Below are positions 1-13,473 of a stretch of 64,000 bases of DNA, one piece after another. This DNA is from Eledone cirrhosa (taxonomy: Eukaryota): contig OZ024743.1 of NCBI GenBank assembly GCA_964016885.1, positions 278,504,001-278,568,000 on the forward strand. The letters run 5' to 3'. How positions within the stretch are numbered: the stretch's first letter is position 1; the number at the start of each line of letters is the position of its first letter. The translations under genes and the position numbers were made by a program. Below the pieces are notes generated by a model, which had not been told where the DNA came from, ran no database searches, and worked only from the letters and a program-made list of their open reading frames with translations.

Positions 1-669
1 TCTGTTGTTCAACGACGACAGTTAATGTCACAACCGACAGAGCTCTAATAAATTATGTTATTAGCGGTCGATTTGTAGATTCGTTAAAATGTCGGATAAA
101 CTGTATTTCGATATTTGCGTTGACACACGGTTCTCTGCGTTCAAATCAGTCTCATGATTACTTTTCCTTTTGTCTTATTAGGATCGACAATGAAAGTATG
201 AGCACAGTGCTGGTGCCACAATTTCTCCCACTTGTTATATTATGATAGTTCTACTTTCACTTTCAACGACCAGCATTTGGTTATTCTATCAACTGAATAT
301 CCAAATCATGCATTGGAACAAATTAAATTTAGAGATCACACTTATGAATGTTTAGGTGGCCACATACGGGGTTTGCAAAACATATCAGGTTGTTTGAGTA
401 TTTTAAAGATAGGGGCTCATATTCTATCACAAAATGCAATGTGGAATGGAACGTCTTATTAAAAACAACAACCCGCCACCGAGACAAAGAATCGAACCCA
501 GTACCATATAATTTTCAGTCCAACATATAATACATTAGTATCCGCGTCTTCCCAACTCATGCAGTAACGTGTAACTGGATAAGATTTCAATAAACGCGTG
601 TACCTTTAACGTAATTCTCAAGTGAAATCAACGTGACACAATACCTGACAAAGCTGGACCGTTGAATTA

Positions 670-2372
670 CACCGTGTAACAAAACAATTTTTTTTCTCTG
701 TTCCTGGCTTGTAATCACTTTTTTGTGTTGCATAGGTCCCAAATAAATAAAAAAGTGCTATTAAACAGTTAAAAGTTTGGGTTTGTAAAAATTCTAAGCT
801 ATTCACTAGAATTATTTGTATGCTGGATTTTATGTTGTATGTAAGTTTAATTTGCTTATGTTAAATGATTTTTTTAATATATGTTTCAGTTTAAATTAAA
901 ATTATAAAATAAAGAGTAATACCTAAAGAAAATTATAAAAGTGCAATAAAGTATAAAATTGTTAAAAAGTGGATTAAAGAGATTTATTGATACTGGATTT
1001 TCGCACCCTGAATAAAGGGTAAGTTGTGCTTTAAGCATTCGTCTCCAGGATGAAGCAGTGGAACTTGTTCAAGGAGGAAGTGCAGGTGACAAGTCAAAGA
1101 AGTCGACACGAACCTTTTTCATGCTTTTACCCTCTTAGGGATGGCATCTGCTTCTGCCATGACGTGCCAAGCCTGTTTGACATTATTGGGGTGCCGTCTG
1201 TGCCCAAAGAGTGGCGGCTATTTATAGACAGTTCCACCACAAGTGTGAAGGCTGTCCTCCTCCACAATGGAAACAAGTTCCCGACACTGCCCCTAGCTCA
1301 TTCAGTCTGATTGAAGGAAGATTACTACAGTGTGAAAGCCCTCTTGGAAGCTCTGCATTATAACCAGTACAATTGGGAAATGATTGGAGACTTCAAGATG
1401 GTGGCTTTCCTGCTTGGACTCCAAGGAGGCTTTATAAAATTCCAATGCTTCCTCTTCCTTTGGGACAGCAGAGCCACCTCTGAACACTACTAAAGAAAGA
1501 ACTGGGATCAGCGAACAGAATTTGTAGTTGGGACCCGGAACGTCATGTGGGAGCGACAGGTTGATCCCAGGATTGTGCTCATGCCGCCACTGCACATTAA
1601 GTTTGGGTTGATGAAGCAGTTTGTGAAGGCTCTCAACCAAGAATCAGCTGCTTTTAAGTACCTTCTTGAGTTCTTCCCCAAGTTATCTGATGCCAAATTC
1701 AAAGGTGGAATGTTTGTTGGACCTCAGATAAAGAAGGTGTTTGAGTTTACCGAGTTCTCCAATAAGCTCAATAGGATTGAGAGAACAACATGGAACTGTT
1801 TCAAGGCAGTTGTTAAGGGCTTCCTGGGCAACTACAGAGCTAAAATCTACCAGCAACTGGTGCAGGATCTGATAAAGGCTTTTGGCGCCATGGGATGCAG
1901 GATGTCGCTTAAACTCCATATGCTGGACGCTCACCTGGAAAAATTCAAGGACAATATGGGCGCCTACTCAGAAGAACAAGGCGAACGATTCCACCAAGAT
2001 GTGAAAGAGATAGAGCGGAGGTACCAGGGCTACTACAATGAAAAAATGATGGGGGACTATATCTGGGGGCTAGTGCGGGAATGCGACCTGGTCTACAACC
2101 GCAAATCCAGGAAATCCAGTCATTTCTGACGTGTATTTGTTGCTTTATAAGTGTTATTTGTTTTTACTTGTTTGATTTGATAAGCTTGTGTAATAAAATA
2201 AATATATACTCCGTTGATTTAATTATATGAACTGATAAATAAAAAAGAAAAAAGGTGTTTTTTCTTGAAAAATATGAAAATTTCGAAATATCAAACTTCT
2301 GACCACAATCCCAAACTTATTAAATAATAGTGTTTTCTTATAACCGAGGAACAAAACATATGTTACACGGTG
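670..2372 (+). mobile_element. Chapaev3-type (CMC) DNA transposon, internally deleted
   Basis: TIRs CACCGTGTAACA (670) and TGTTACACGGTG (2372), with a 3-bp TSD TTA on both sides. The internal frame has Chapaev3 transposase motifs. Confidence 0.85.
1044..2129 (+). pseudogene. Chapaev3 transposase, N-terminus missing, two in-frame stops (1308, 1491)
   Basis: ORFs 1050, 1311 and 1545 share one frame. Motifs: WRLFIDSS, LLHNGN, GDFKMVAFLLGLQGG, PPLHIKFGLMKQFVKAL, SEEQGERFHQD. Confidence 0.85.
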
Positions 2373-3233
2373 TTATAGGAACAATATAACTGACAGGCAT
2401 CTAAACAGTTTCCGTCTGTACAATGTCGCTCACAATATTTGAGTCGACGTGAAGCCATGGTAAATTTCGATGCAGGTTGGGTATGTTTTTACATTTTAAG
2501 GCAGTAAGCTTTTCCCCGAGGAAATTTTGCTACCAAGTTGAACAACCGGTAAACGGTCATTGTATTGATGTTGTTTAGCTGAAGTTCAACTCTATTTGAG
2601 CAAACCTATGATCAACGGAAATCATAGCCATAGACAACTCCATATATTTAGGTTTTGTGCTTCTCGTATCCGTTTTTTTAAAAATGTTAATCCCGAGAGA
2701 AATCCGTTATCTAATTCTAGCAAATTGGGCCATTGCACAGAAACCAAACTGTTGAATTGGAAATTTAGATGCTGTGTCTAATACATCAAGTTGTTCGTTT
2801 TGTGGTTGATAGTCTTGTACTGATGTCAACTGTTAATTTTCTTATTTTGTTCGATGTTGTTTAACCTCGATTAGCATTGATCGAGAAGACATGTGATCAA
2901 TGGCATTTCATTCATGAGTAATTCTTTTTATTTTAAGACATAATTGTGCTGTAAAACATTACTTGCCATACAAATTAAACTGATCACTATAGTTATATTA
3001 CATAGCCTGTTGATATATATAACGTTGCTACAGAAAGATTTATTTATATATATATGCAGAATCATATAGGTCGTTAACTTCTTAAAGGTGGTCACTTACT
3101 TCATTTCCGAATAAGGGAAATATGTACACTTAATTCATTTAACAGCAAGGACATCACATTGAACATCTGTAGTTATAACTACATTAAATGTACCGTAAAT
3201 GTGGTAATATAAATATTCTTTCTCTCTCTAACT

Positions 3234-3276
<43 letters not shown>

Positions 3277-3344
3277 GTACTTCGTTTTTTAATTTGTTTT
3301 GCAATATATCAATATATCTTATCTGAAAAGGTGTGTTGAAACAG

Positions 3345-3755
3345 ATATTGCTATACTTTGGGCGGGTCATGTTGCCAATAAAAACACACGCACCTGTTGG
3401 TTTTCACTTCAATTTATTATAAATTTCCGGTTGGCTGGTTGGTTGGTTCGATAACCAGATGGTTGTTTATGTATTGTCAAAGCTCTTTCGACACACATTA
3501 TGTGAATTTAACTAATAATTAAGGACAAAAGGAAGACATACAGACAAAAAAAAAAAAATCAGACACACACACAGACAGAACAAACAACCAACTAGTGTCA
3601 AGTAAATAAATACATACATAAATATATAAAAACACACAACCGGATGTAACCCATGCGCAAACTAAGCACACAACAGCCAACAGAAAAACAAGATGGTGTA
3701 GGACCGAACAAAGGAGAGACACAAAATAAAAACCCAGTCACTGAGGAGGTCACAC
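3345..3755. mobile_element. Rearranged Neptune-type PLE 3' end (pLTR) fragment
   Basis: 3345-3510 matches 45950-46135 in the same orientation, and 3515-3755 matches 46135-46350 inverted. The break falls within HHR stem II. Confidence 0.65.
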
Positions 3756-3789
3756 ACACACATTCACATATATATGTATATATATATTT

Positions 3790-4272
3790 TAATATAGAAG
3801 ATCTTCTATATTAAAACATTTATACTATGCTATGTATTAAGTACCTTACATACTGTGGTTACCCCCGATTCAACCCGGAATAACTTATATATATAAGTTT
3901 ATCCCGTGTTCAATCGGGGATAACCACAGTAAATAAGGTACTGAATACAAAGTAGAGTATAAATATTTAATATAGAAAGGCTTCTATATGACTAGAGCTG
4001 TTTCATTCGCGAGAAATCATCAGGAAGCTGACTGTCCAAGTAATATGGTGGTATTTATATCTTTTCTGGAGGTAGGAGAGGGTGGTGATTGGGATGGGTT
4101 GAGGTTATTGGTTGATGGGTTTAAAGAAAAGGGAATTCTTTAAAAGCTAATTCTTTAAAAGCTATATTTAGAGTAACAACGGCAGAAACAATTCTATAAA
4201 CAAGTTCAAACTGGGAGTGCCACTCCTTATTTTTAAGGTTCTCTTAATTCCTATAATTCAGGTGTCTAGAAG
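3790..4272 (-). mobile_element. HHR-bearing PLE-like 3' end with an inverted duplicate of its tail (family also at 46995 and 53055)
   Basis: 3795-3887 and 3893-3985 are inverted copies. Sequence is shared with 46995-47175 and 53055-53265, and the flanks are (TA)n/(CA)n. Confidence 0.65.
3980..4028 (-). ncRNA. Type I hammerhead motif, stem III damaged
   Basis: Minus strand GCTTC-CTGATGA-TTTC TCGC GAAT-GAAA-CAG..ATA-TA-GAAGC. Sister copies have CTG-TA, which restores stem III. Confidence 0.65.
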
Positions 4273-4313
4273 CACATTCACACATACACGCACACGCGCA
4301 CACACACGCGCAC

Positions 4314-4424
<111 letters not shown>

Positions 4425-4439
4425 CTGTATATATAATAT

Positions 4440-4712
4440 CCACCCAGCTTATGCTGACCGGACAACCATGTTGCTTGTTTATTTTCCTATCTTTGGTTTG
4501 CTTTTATCCTTCTATGTTGTTTACTTGTCCCCCTCGCTTTACGCGATTTACTGGTCCCAATAACTTTTTTTAGTTATTCCTAGCACCTATCTGAGGTATA
4601 TGATTTTTAATGCGATGAAATACCAATGATGGTTGGAAAATCACTGACGAAGGACTATTTTTATCATATGTTACCCATGTGCAACCACGCAGTATTCTTC
4701 TTTCTTCTCATG
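4440..4712 (+). repeat. Diverged single copy of the 496-bp repeat family at 62044-63368
   Basis: Shared blocks CTCGCTTTACGCG, AATAAC..GTTATT, TATATGATTTTTAATGC.ATGAAATA, AAATCACTGA.GA.GGAC and ATGTTACC.ATGTGC. Flanked by (TA)n. Confidence 0.75.
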
Positions 4713-5082
4713 TTTTATATATATATATATATATATATACAAGTGGAAGCTTAATCAGGTTTACAAGTGTGGTTTTGAATAGTAAAATTATCCCATCATG
4801 ATAGTAAAACTACGCTTTTAGCCGCGGAATGAATTTTGGTATTGAAACTAATAAAAAAGAAATGTGTGTTAATAGATAAACTCTCCGATCTTTGCTGAAT
4901 ACAAACATTTTATCTTTATATATATGCATGTATACAGACACACGCACACACACATATATATATATACGTGGATGTTTGTGTATGTATATATATATATATA
5001 TATAATACGTATATATACATACACATATATATATATATATTATGATTATATATATATATGTGGCGTGTGTGTGTATATATAT

Positions 5083-5416
<334 letters not shown>

Positions 5417-5859
5417 TTATGATTATTATAGATATTTATCCTTCTGATATTATTTTATATTCTTGTTGTTTCGATTTATTCTTTTTATTGTTTATTATAT
5501 ATTTAAGCGTTTATTAAATAAAAATGACATAGAAATATATAGTCACAGATTATTATTTTCATCATCATTTTAAATGTTGGTGTTCTTGTTGCTGGTGTTG
5601 TTGTTGTTGCTGCTGCTGCTGTTGATGTTATTGTGATTATAAATTCTGCTGTTGTTGTTTCTATGTTGTTGTTTTTATTGTATTATTGGATATAGTTCTG
5701 GTGTTACTTTGACAGTATTCGACAATAAAACTTTATTATATTGGAGAGAAAGGAAAGTGTTTACTGTTTTGTGTTCCTGTATGTATTGTGTTGTTGTTGT
5801 AATTCTAGTTGTTGCTGTAGTTGTGTTTGTTGGTATTGTTGCCGTTTCTCTTGTTGTTC

Positions 5860-5915
<56 letters not shown>

Positions 5916-6046
5916 ATATAGGATAATGATGATGATTTAACCATTAACGTTGGCGATGGGAAAGAAGGGTGTGTGTATTTCACTTGTGTATTCTTTACGC
6001 AAATTACTTTTTATGTCGCGTGAGAAGTGGTTGCTATATATGTTGT

Positions 6047-6093
<47 letters not shown>

Positions 6094-6906
6094 GAAGAAG
6101 AAGAAGAATTAATAATAATCTGAATAATGATAATGAAAATTATAATCATTGTAAAAAGTTGGTTTTAATGTCTTTTTGTTGTTGTCTTGTCGTAGTGCTT
6201 GTTCTGTTTCTTATTGATGTTGTTGTTATTGTTATTTGTGTCGGCCTTATTATTATAATTATATTTAATATTATTATTATTATTATTATTGGTTGTTGTT
6301 TTTGTTGTTGTTATATTGAAAGTTTATTCAGTTCTAACCGTTCAACGGAGGTTAAATATTTCTTTGATGGTTTCATTTCAAAGGCCTTTCTTAATGACAC
6401 TCACAGATGTACGAAGTGGTTTTATTTTCAACGTTATTAATTGTTATTATTAATCGTTAATTGTTATCAATATTATTATTATTGTTCCCCTTATTATTAT
6501 TATTATCATCATTATTATTATTGTTATTATTATCAATATTATTATTTTTATTAATTATAATAATAATACTTCATCATAATTATTATTACTATTCGCTTTC
6601 TCCTCTAAATAATACAATATTTAGATTGAATTATCCTTCAGTGTTAAAGCGTCATTGAATTACGCTGCCGCCGTATTGGCGTATATATAAAAGAGATATT
6701 TCCTTTTTACTAACTCAGGCACTTAATGGATAATTAATAAATTTCACACTTCCTTATTATTTAGAACTATATCCGTACATAATGACACACTTTTTTCCCC
6801 TTCAGTTCAATCTTGGTTCCTTGTTTAAGCCTGTTTTCGATTATTTTAAATCCATTTTTGTTATCCGTGTCTAATTGATTATTACATTCTCTGTTAGTCG
6901 CCATGT

Positions 6907-7194
6907 CTACATCACTCTATCTATATTCCCTCTCACTGAATTGATACATCTATGTAGTATATATGGGCATAGCATATAAGAATGGTTAAGAAGTTCACAT
7001 TTCAAACATGTGTTTCGGTATTTGATGCCACTGTGTGTGGCATCATGGATAAAGGACTTTAACCCTAGACTCGTTCGTCTAATTGGATACGCAGAAACTG
7101 TTTGGAAGCCTACCGGATAAACTGTTTCTGTAATTCTAATGTCGAACATCGTCACACTCTGCATCACACCCTCTTGTAACTCAAACATACAGCA
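6907..7194 (-). CDS. Possible terminal exon of an unidentified gene
   Basis: Polypyrimidine tract plus CAG acceptor precedes a phase-0 open frame CCMFELQEGV...DRVM*. No recognisable domain. Confidence 0.2.
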   Translation of the reverse strand, partial: CCMFELQEGVMQSVTMFDIRITETVYPVGFQTVSAYPIRRTSLGLKSFIHDATHSGIKYRNTCLKCELLNHSYMLCPYILHRCINSVRGNIDRVM

Positions 7195-7314
7195 CTGAGT
7201 CGAAGAGATCAAAGAAAATAACAAAATCAATTATTGATCTCTCTTCCTGAATCCCCTTATACCATGTATATTTATAAATGTCTCTGTGCTGGAAGATGTT
7301 CATAATAGTCTGAT

Positions 7315-7495
7315 AATTATTTCTACTTTAGGCACAAGGCCATCAATTACCCAGTACATTACTGGTACTTTATTTTATCGACCCGTAAGGATGAAAGGCA
7401 AAGTTAACCTCGGCGGTATTTGAACTCAGACTGTAAAGGGACGTAACTATGCTAGAAAGCATGGCGTCCAACCCTCTACCGATACTACCAATTCA
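7315..7495 (-). mobile_element. tRNA-headed SINE with Meta-domain-like core
   Basis: Core TCGACCCGTAAGGATGAAAGGCAAAGTTAACCTCGGC and a B-box (GTTCAAAT) on the minus strand. TSD ATAGTCTGATAAT. Confidence 0.8.
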
Positions 7496-7509
7496 ATAGT
7501 CTGATAATG

Positions 7510-8443
7510 CATCTCCATTATTATCTAGATCGGGGTCACCATTACTTCCAATCACACCTGACTCCATGTCCGGTGTTCAGTGCCAACATGTACATTGAAG
7601 TCTCCTATCACGATATATGACTCAGTTTTCACAACATTTAAGCGACTTCACCAAGGAAAAATCTGTACTCGAACTCCTTGTTTGATGCATAAATTTTCAC
7701 AACCGATAGAGATCTATGTTTCAACCAAAGCTTCATGAGGAAAATCCTAGTTCCTGATCGAACCCAGTCCATAACATATTCTGACAGTTGGCGGCTTGTG
7801 AGTATCCCCACTCTCACCTGTGCAGTCATTTCTGGCGCCACACTTGAATAGTGGAGATCCCATGCTCCATCCAAATATCAGAGCCACGGAACTTTGTTGA
7901 GGAAACGAAGACTATATCTAGCAGGTAGCATTTACACTGCATCACTATTTCCTGCCCCTTACCTGTAAGGTTTGTGATGTTCCAGGTTTCAATTGTCATG
8001 GTTTGTCTTCTTCCGAACCATCTTTGGGGTCTCGGGACATACAGTCTTTGTACGTCTAACCCACGCCTCCCAAGAGAGGTTGCAGGCCCATCGCAAGTTT
8101 TTGTGCCATGAAATGGAAGCTGCAATATATCTTTCGAACGAGCCCCCTCTACTACAGGCATGGACGCGACCCTTCTTAACCTGTGCGAACGATGATGCAG
8201 CATGGTGCTTTTCCTCTCCCTATATTGCAGTTTTCCGAGGGTAGACCCTGGGTATGAAGGTTGGATAACATTCAACCAGATCAGTTGGAGAGGGTTGCTT
8301 CTGACAGGACCGCTGGAAGGAATGTTTTAGGACTCTGTCCTCAGGACCCTCACCCGAAGAAGAAGAAGAAGAAGAAGAAGAAGAAGAAGAAGAAGAAGAA
8401 GAAGAAGAAGAAGAAGAAGAAGAAGAAGAAGAAGAAGAAGAAG
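7510..8443. mobile_element. Rearranged RTE LINE: minus-strand APE endonuclease region joined to a plus-strand 3' end with an (AAG)n tail
   Basis: Minus frames TIETWNITNLTGK, VGILTS, VVKIYA and IGDFNVHVG. Plus-strand IQPDQLERVASDR is followed by (AAG)n, as at 35148-35330. Confidence 0.75.
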
Positions 8444-8526
8444 AGTACGCTTATAGCGCTAGGAGCAAACGTAACACAAACGGCTTAAACAGTAGCATCA
8501 CATGACAAAGAGTAACATCACATGAC

Positions 8527-8557
<31 letters not shown>

Positions 8558-9722
8558 GAAAAAAAAAACACTTCTGTCTGTTGAGATAGGAAGGAAAAAG
8601 TATTCGATGAGAATTTAAATTTAAAGCACCAGAAATATTTAAAGATAGTGATGATTAACAAAATAATAATATTTATTACATTTTATAGGAACTCCATTAA
8701 CAGTAATGCTCAGAATAACAATAACAATAATAGCAGCAATGCATGTAATAGTAAGCTTTGCTTTTGTTTAGCATCAAGTCAATTCTGAGTGAGTATTATT
8801 TTAGTAAAAGAAGCTCTCCAGTAATGACCATCCTATTTTTTCTATGATAAGGTGCATTGAAGACAATATTATCCCATGTATCTTTTCTTTTCAAAGGTGT
8901 GATTTTACGGAAATTTGGTTGCTATTTCAAGCATGTGAATGATCACGCGTAGTCTGTTTCTGACTGCTCATGAAACAGTATCAACTGAAGAGGGCAACTA
9001 ATGTTGTAATGGACAGCTGACATCTATTTATTAGAAATAATAGCGTTACAAAAATTCAAGAGAAAGATAATGCCCGTGGTAAATGAAAACATAACGTATA
9101 AAAATAGATACACATTAGTATCAAATAAAAATGTATATAAAAGCATACATAAAAACATATAAACCACACAATCAACGAATTTTATTAGCGAAGCTTGTGA
9201 AATTTCTTTGAAAATACAGCTCCAACATATTGTTCCGCATTCCACGCCTACCTCCACCCATTGTAACCTACGGGCTTTAGATTTTGACACACCTCTTGCA
9301 AACAATCACCCCACTTCTTTTGTAATAACACTACACTTTTGTAATTTTTTTATTTTTAAATTTTGTCTTTTCTATGAATGAACTTTATTAGATTTTGGAA
9401 AAGAGTGTAGTCAATTTAATAGTATTTTAGTGATTGATTCCCTGACACTTACTCTGCCAACCTTGGAAGGATAAAATACGAAAATTGACCTGAAATCAGA
9501 ACGTAAAGTGACGTAACTAAATACCACAAAGCAAGTTGCCTGTCACTACAACGTAGTTATCAATCACAACTCTTCATACATTGTATTATAATTGTTCTCT
9601 TCTTTTTTGTTTGATGACAGTGAGAAGGCAGATACTAAAGAGTATTCCATTTCAATATTCAACGATTTTATTTCAAATCCCATGTTGATAAAGGATATTT
9701 TACGTAGTAAACAACAATTATA

Positions 9723-9920
9723 TGAGGGTCGGCTGAAACGTTGGTAGGCTGACCAAGATACTCTCATGAAATGACCAAATGAGATTTATTTTTCAACATA
9801 TTCCCTGGAAAGAAACAATGCAGTTATTAATCAGAAAAGTTGAAATTAATGCATGCAAGATTTCACATCACTAACATCACTTCTTCATATTCAGCCTAGG
9901 AACTTTTCAGCTTACCCTCG
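9723..9920. mobile_element. Mariner-type MITE (~200 bp)
   Basis: TA-TGAGGGTCGGCTGAAACGTTGGTAGGCTGA ... TCAGCCTAGGAACTTTTCAGCTTACCCTCG-TA: imperfect ~30-bp TIRs with a TA TSD. Confidence 0.75.
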
Positions 9921-10939
9921 TAACTTCCACACTTTCAAAAGTGATTAATATTTAATTTGACCCAGTATGCTTTATTTCAGGGTAAGGCAATACTTAGGAA
10001 TGTAATTCCATATATTCAATGAACATCAGACTAGGACCAGACAAAATACCTTACGGTCTAGGGATACGAACCACTGCCCAACAGGTACCTTCCCTTTCAA
10101 GGTGCCGAGTTGCTGGCCCATCTATTTGTTACAGTCAATGCCTTCTTCCATTAATTTCTGATACTCCTTCAGAATGGAGACAACCAAATCATTTTCCCGC
10201 TGTGTCTGACACAATCATGTTGCAACGGGGCTCTCTTATGTCTCAGTTTGAGGGAGGTATTTGTCAATGGTTCTGTACTCTACATCAAATGTACCAAGAT
10301 AAGCGAAAGAAATGTCAATAGGAGTGATGATTAACAGATTCACATATTTGATTAGTTCTAATCCAGTATTTGGTTGGCATTTCTTATATTTGAAAGCCAG
10401 TTAATTTGCAAAGAGAGTTCAAATTCCCCGAGTTTAACGATAGCTTTCATCCTTTCGATATTGATAAATAAAGTATTACACTAGAGCTGATTCTTACCCA
10501 CGTCCCTTTCCTTCTCTCGCCCTCTGTATCGTTTTCTCTCTCTTCTTTTCGCTCTCAGAAATCGACAGTGCTCTGATCTGGTGAGAGATAGGCTCCACCA
10601 GGTTTAAAATGTCAAATAAACATCATGTGTCAGAACCGCGCCCCTAAAGCACTACCTCGAGCTCATGGGCGCCAATGGTATTTGAATTGAATATGACAAG
10701 ACTAAACAGATGCTGCTATGCAATGTCCTATTTAATTATGATTTATATCAGGGAAACAATTACATTATATTTACAGGAGGTTGGAGCTTTAAAGACGACG
10801 AGATCGACATCAATACATAAATATTTCTTTATTTTCTCTATTTCGGAAAGAATGTTGTTCGACGGCTCAACCGATTCTGCTCTGTACATGCAGGGCAATA
10901 CAATTTTTTAGTAATACAACTCTGATAATAATTCATTCA

Positions 10940-12005
10940 AGCACTGACAATTTGGAGAAAGAGGGCAGTAGATGATATCGGCACTAGTACTTAACTGATA
11001 CAATATTTTATCGACCCCTAAAGGATGAAAGGCAAAATTGACCACGGCGAAATTGGAAATCAAAACGCCTACGGAATTAAATACCGCAAAGCATTTTGTA
11101 CCACGCTCTACCGATATTGCTAAATCATCGACCTCACGTCCGTGATGATGATAATAATTGTTTCTACATATGGCACAAGGTCAGCAATTTGAAGAAAAGG
11201 GGTAAGACGTTTGAATCTACGACAGTGTGTTACTGGTACTTTATTTTGTCAATCCCGTAAGGATGAAACGCAAAGCTAACCTCGGCAGAATTTGAACTCA
11301 GAACGTAGAAATTGTGACAATATGTCACGAATTATTTTGTTCGACGTTCTACCAATACTGTCTACCCGGTGCCCCCGTGATGGGCTAAAGGTTTTCTACA
11401 TTTGGCACAAGGCCAACAATATTTTGCGGGTTGAAAGTCGATTAAATCCACCCCTGTGTATTATTGGTACTTTATCCCATCGGTTACGTAAGGAGGAAAG
11501 GAAAAACTATCTTCGCCTGGATTTGGACTCTTAAATGAAAGGGCCGTAATTATATGCCGCAAAGGATGGTGTTCGACGCTCTACCGAAACTCTCAATCTA
11601 CCACCCTCATGATGATAAACATAATTGTTTCGACATTTGGCACACGGCCAGTAATTTGAAGAGGAGAAATTCGATTAAACCTACTCAAGTGCTTTACTAG
11701 CACTTTCAGCGAACCTGGTGGAATGTAAACAAAATTAACCTCGGTGGTATTTGAACTCATTGCGTACAGGGACGTAACCATACGGCGCAATGCATGTTGT
11801 CCGATGATCATAATAATGATAGTTTCTGATTTAGGCACAAGGGCAGTGATTTGGGTGGTGGGGAAAGTCGATCAAATCGACCCCGGTGCGGGACTGGTAC
11901 TTTATTTTATCGACCCCGTAAGGATGAAAGGCAAAGCTAATCTTGGTGGGATAAGAACTCAGAACGTAAATGGCCATAACTCTATGCTGCAAAGGATGGT
12001 GTCCA
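10940..12005 (-). repeat. Head-to-tail cluster of about five diverged SINE copies
   Basis: Recurring GGCACAAGG...GGTACTTTATTTT.TCGACCCC.AAGGATGAAAGGCAAA...TTTGAACTCA units spaced ~200-240 bp apart. Confidence 0.75.
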
Positions 12006-12601
12006 ATGATCATAATAATAACAGAATTTGTCATAGAGCCACAACGATGATAAAAACCAAAAAACAAATAGTAGAGACAGCATGTCAAAAAAGAAATATG
12101 CAACATTCATCATCCGCAAAATTTCATTTGCTCCTAACATTATCTAATCAAAGGACAACGTGAACACCCATATAACTTCAATTACATCTTCAAATATTGT
12201 TTCCCCGTATTTTTTATTTTCTGCTTTTTCCAAGCAGTTAATATTTGTTTATTGATTTAGTTATTGTTGATATAATTGCTGTTACAGTCTCTTCTTCTGA
12301 AGTAACGTTTGCTGTTACTGCTGTTCCTGGTGTTGTGGTTTTTGCCAATGCTTCTCAGGTCTCTTCGTGATTAATTTAAAATGAACATAATTTTTTTGAT
12401 GAGGCAAATTGACAAAGTCGTTAGAAGGCCGTGTAGACTGCTTTGCGGTATTCGTTAAAATTCCGATAAGGTTATCTTTGCCTTTTCATCCTTTCGAAGT
12501 CGATAAATAAGTACCTGTCTAATAACTGGTATAATCTTCCTCTATATCTCTTTCGCGGTCCCTCTCTCACCTTCTCTGGAAGAAATCTGCTGTGTTCAGA
12601 C

Positions 12602-12844
12602 CTGTAGAGGGATGGGCTCTGTCAGATGTAAATTATCCAAGACTCGTTGTAGGTCAGCTCCTGGGGTTTGATCAGGAATTACAAGTCCAACATAATTATT
12701 TTGTTTTGCTTTATGATTGTTTGTTCCTTGTTTATTTACTGCTAAATCCTTACATTTTATTGTGTTACGCACCACATCCAATTTACATTCACCCCAGCCC
12801 TTTACAATGTCTTTCAGTTCAGTATATTTATGTGTTGGGCATTT
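12602..12844 (-). CDS. Candidate internal exon (243 nt, phase 0/0) of an unidentified gene
   Basis: TTTTAG acceptor and CAG|GTCTGA donor enclose 81 stop-free codons, KCPTHKYTELKDIVKGWGEC...LHLTEPIPLQ. In-frame stops lie just outside both ends. Confidence 0.4.
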
Positions 12845-13184
12845 CTAAAATAGATACAAGTCCATTCATATTTTGAGATGAGTGGGTTTGAGGGTATAGT
12901 AAACTAAATCGTCATCAATACATTATCGATGCTTATTTTTATCGATCTCGAAAGAATGAACATCCAAATTTAAACTTGGCAGGATATGAATTCAGAAGGT
13001 AACGACCCAGAACAAATGAAGCAAGCGATTTTTTCACCACCTTACCATATTCTGCCAATCTAACACTGTTTCATTACAATGATTCGTTTCATGGGTAGAA
13101 AGCATATTTTTGAATAAGGGTACAACTGATCAAATTTACTTCATCACTTGACTGGTATTTTGACTGGTCACTTGACTGGTCACA

Positions 13185-13442
13185 TGTTGTAGTAATAATG
13201 CCAGAAATAATAACAGAACACACTCACTCTTTGGTTGATTTTCGCTTCTGTACTTTTATATCTCCATAGTTAATTTATTTGGCAATCAATGTTTATCATC
13301 GACTGACCAACGGTTAAAAGAATACAGGTATAGATATATATATAGTCTAACAAAGTTCTTTCGTTGCACATCTGCAACATCATCAGTGGTACTATTATCA
13401 TGTTCCCTCCTATTGTATTGTAATGTTTACGCCATTTTCATT

Positions 13443-13473
<31 letters not shown>

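Noticed and set aside
208-462. Plus-strand open frame near the window start
   Set aside because: No recognisable domain, an in-frame stop at 199 after the best acceptor, and no partner exon.
9621-9746. Plus-strand acceptor followed by an open frame (EKADTKEYS...)
   Set aside because: The frame is short, runs into a MITE, and has no convincing donor or homology.
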